The notes under the pieces are model-generated. The model was not told the origin of the DNA and did not search any database. It was given only the letters and a program-made list of their open reading frames with translations. This document shows, piece by piece, positions 44,090 to 45,012 of a stretch of DNA of 45,012 bases (within the stretch, counting starts at the first letter, position 1; each line of letters starts with the position of its first letter). Source of the DNA: Pseudomonadota bacterium (GTDB taxonomy: Bacteria > Pseudomonadota > Gammaproteobacteria > Burkholderiales > JABEVD01); the NCBI GenBank assembly GCA_021848705.1, contig JAJZTT010000002.1, forward strand, positions 1 through 45,012. Reading direction: 5' to 3'. Position numbers and translations under genes: made by a program.

Positions 44090-44216
44090 AGTCGGGCGAC
44101 ATGCTCCCCTTTTTCAATTTATCGTACCATTCGCCCCGGATATAAATTAAAATGCGAACTGGCCGCAGCATGGAACTCGAAGGGCATGCGGTCGCCAAAA
44201 TTTTGACGAGGACGAC

Positions 44217-45012
44217 ATGGGGAATACAAGAACGGTTTCTGTGGTTGGACTGGGTTATGTGGGGCTTCCGGTTGCCGTGGCATTCGGCAAGATGCGCCGC
44301 ACCATCGGTTTTGACATCAACGCGACCCGCATCGCCGAATTGAAGGCAGGTCACGACAGGACCGGCGAAGTGGAATCCGCCGACCTGAAACAGGCCGACA
44401 TCCTGTTCACGGCTGAAATCGAGGAATTGAAGCTGGCCGATTTTCACATCGTTGCAGTCCCCACCCCGGTCGACGATGCCAACCAGCCCGATCTCACTCC
44501 GGTGCACAAGGCCTCCAGAACCGTGGGACGTGCGCTGAAAAAGGGGGACATCGTCGTCTATGAATCGACCGTCTATCCCGGAGTCACCGAAGACGAATGC
44601 GTGCCCATTCTGGAGGCAGAATCGGGCCTGAAGTGCGGCGTGGATTTCAAGGTGGGCTACAGCCCCGAGCGCATCAATCCGGGCGACAAGGAGCACACCT
44701 TCACGAAAATCAAGAAGGTGGTTTCGGGGCAGGACGAGGCAACCCTGGAAATCGTCGCGGACGTCTACGCATCGGTGGTGACGGCAGGCGTGCACAAGGC
44801 CTCGACCATCAAGGTCGCCGAAGCGGCCAAGGTCATCGAAAACACCCAGAGAGACCTCAACATTGCGCTGATGAACGAACTGGCCCTGATCTTCGACAGG
44901 ATGGGCATCGATACCAACGACGTGCTGGAAGCGGCCGGCACGAAATGGAACTTCCTCAAATTCAAGCCCGGTCTGGTCGGAGGACACTGCATCGGAGTCG
45001 ATCCGTATTACC
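44217..45012 (+). CDS. Nucleotide-sugar dehydrogenase, TviB/WbpO-like (UDP-N-acetyl-hexosamine 6-dehydrogenase family); 3' end outside the window
   Basis: Not in the ORF track because it has no stop in the window. My translation from the ATG at 44217 reads [25 protein letters not shown]...VAVPTPV...[11 protein letters not shown]...[12 protein letters not shown]...[19 protein letters not shown]...[14 protein letters not shown]. It includes the Rossmann GxGxxG and the catalytic GGHC. SD GAGGA lies at 44208-12. Confidence 0.9.
   Translation, partial: MGNTRTVSVVGLGYVGLPVAVAFGKMRRTIGFDINATRIAELKAGHDRTGEVESADLKQADILFTAEIEELKLADFHIVAVPTPVDDANQPDLTPVHKASRTVGRALKKGDIVVYESTVYPGVTEDECVPILEAESGLKCGVDFKVGYSPERINPGDKEHTFTKIKKVVSGQDEATLEIVADVYASVVTAGVHKASTIKVAEAAKVIENTQRDLNIALMNELALIFDRMGIDTNDVLEAAGTKWNFLKFKPGLVGGHCIGVDPYY

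Noticed and set aside
1-45012. Scan of the whole window for CRISPR arrays, IS elements or transposases, integrases, toxin-antitoxin or defence-system genes, and rRNA.
   Set aside because: I recognised none. Every ORF of substantial length on the coding strand is accounted for by housekeeping or EPS/exosortase functions. The intergenic spacers are all 174 bp or shorter, with no repeat-spacer structure.

Overview
All calls below rest on reading the supplied six-frame ORFs and the raw sequence. No HMM or BLAST search was run, so family names and TIGRFAM/NCBIfam accessions are recalled from memory and need confirming.

The left ~2 kb is housekeeping, on the minus strand: clpX (first 11 codons only), clpP and tig. 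From ~2.1 kb to the right edge the window is one continuous, tightly packed exopolysaccharide / protein-sorting locus. It is of the exosortase A (XrtA) / PEP-CTERM type defined by Haft et al. 2006, with an organisation typical of a betaproteobacterium.

Gene blocks:
- **Minus-strand chain, 11809 down to 2103.** Priming sugar transferase, PrsK sensor kinase, PrsR sigma-54 activator, CelD/FemAB-fold GNAT, DegT-like PLP enzyme, second GNAT, acyl-CoA ligase. Successive genes overlap start to stop.
- **Plus-strand run of 13 genes, 11984-27542.** Wza-like export lipoprotein, chain-length determinant, BY-kinase, outer-membrane barrel, WecB, polysaccharide deacetylase, FemAB-family protein, a glycosyltransferase, an XrtA-EpsI fusion, a second glycosyltransferase, AsnB-like amidotransferase and two more glycosyltransferases.
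- **One PEP-CTERM substrate gene, 27684-28469.** It has a perfect sigma-54 promoter upstream and an intrinsic terminator downstream.
- **28533-32979.** A TPR-sulfotransferase fusion, an embedded tRNA-Leu(UAG), then a coupled operon: ACP, hydrolase 2, hydrolase 1 and a secreted TPR-like protein.
- **32980-34311.** An O-antigen-ligase-like gene on the minus strand.
- **Variable Wzx/Wzy-type module, 34473-44089.** A sulfotransferase, two GT2, one GT4, two FkbM methyltransferases, a Wzx flippase interrupted by a single in-frame TAG, and an 811-aa Wzy/WaaL-like protein with a large inserted domain.
- **Right edge.** A truncated TviB-like nucleotide-sugar dehydrogenase.

I found no CRISPR array, IS element, integrase or rRNA. 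The system as a class is already described. The parts most worth follow-up are:
- the uncharacterised acyl-carrier / hydrolase / GNAT / PLP cassette, including a Cys-nucleophile hydrolase and an Arg-for-Ser pseudo-hydrolase;
- the sigma-54 wiring of the PEP-CTERM gene;
- the broken flippase;
- the embedded tRNA;
- the insert-bearing second ligase/polymerase.
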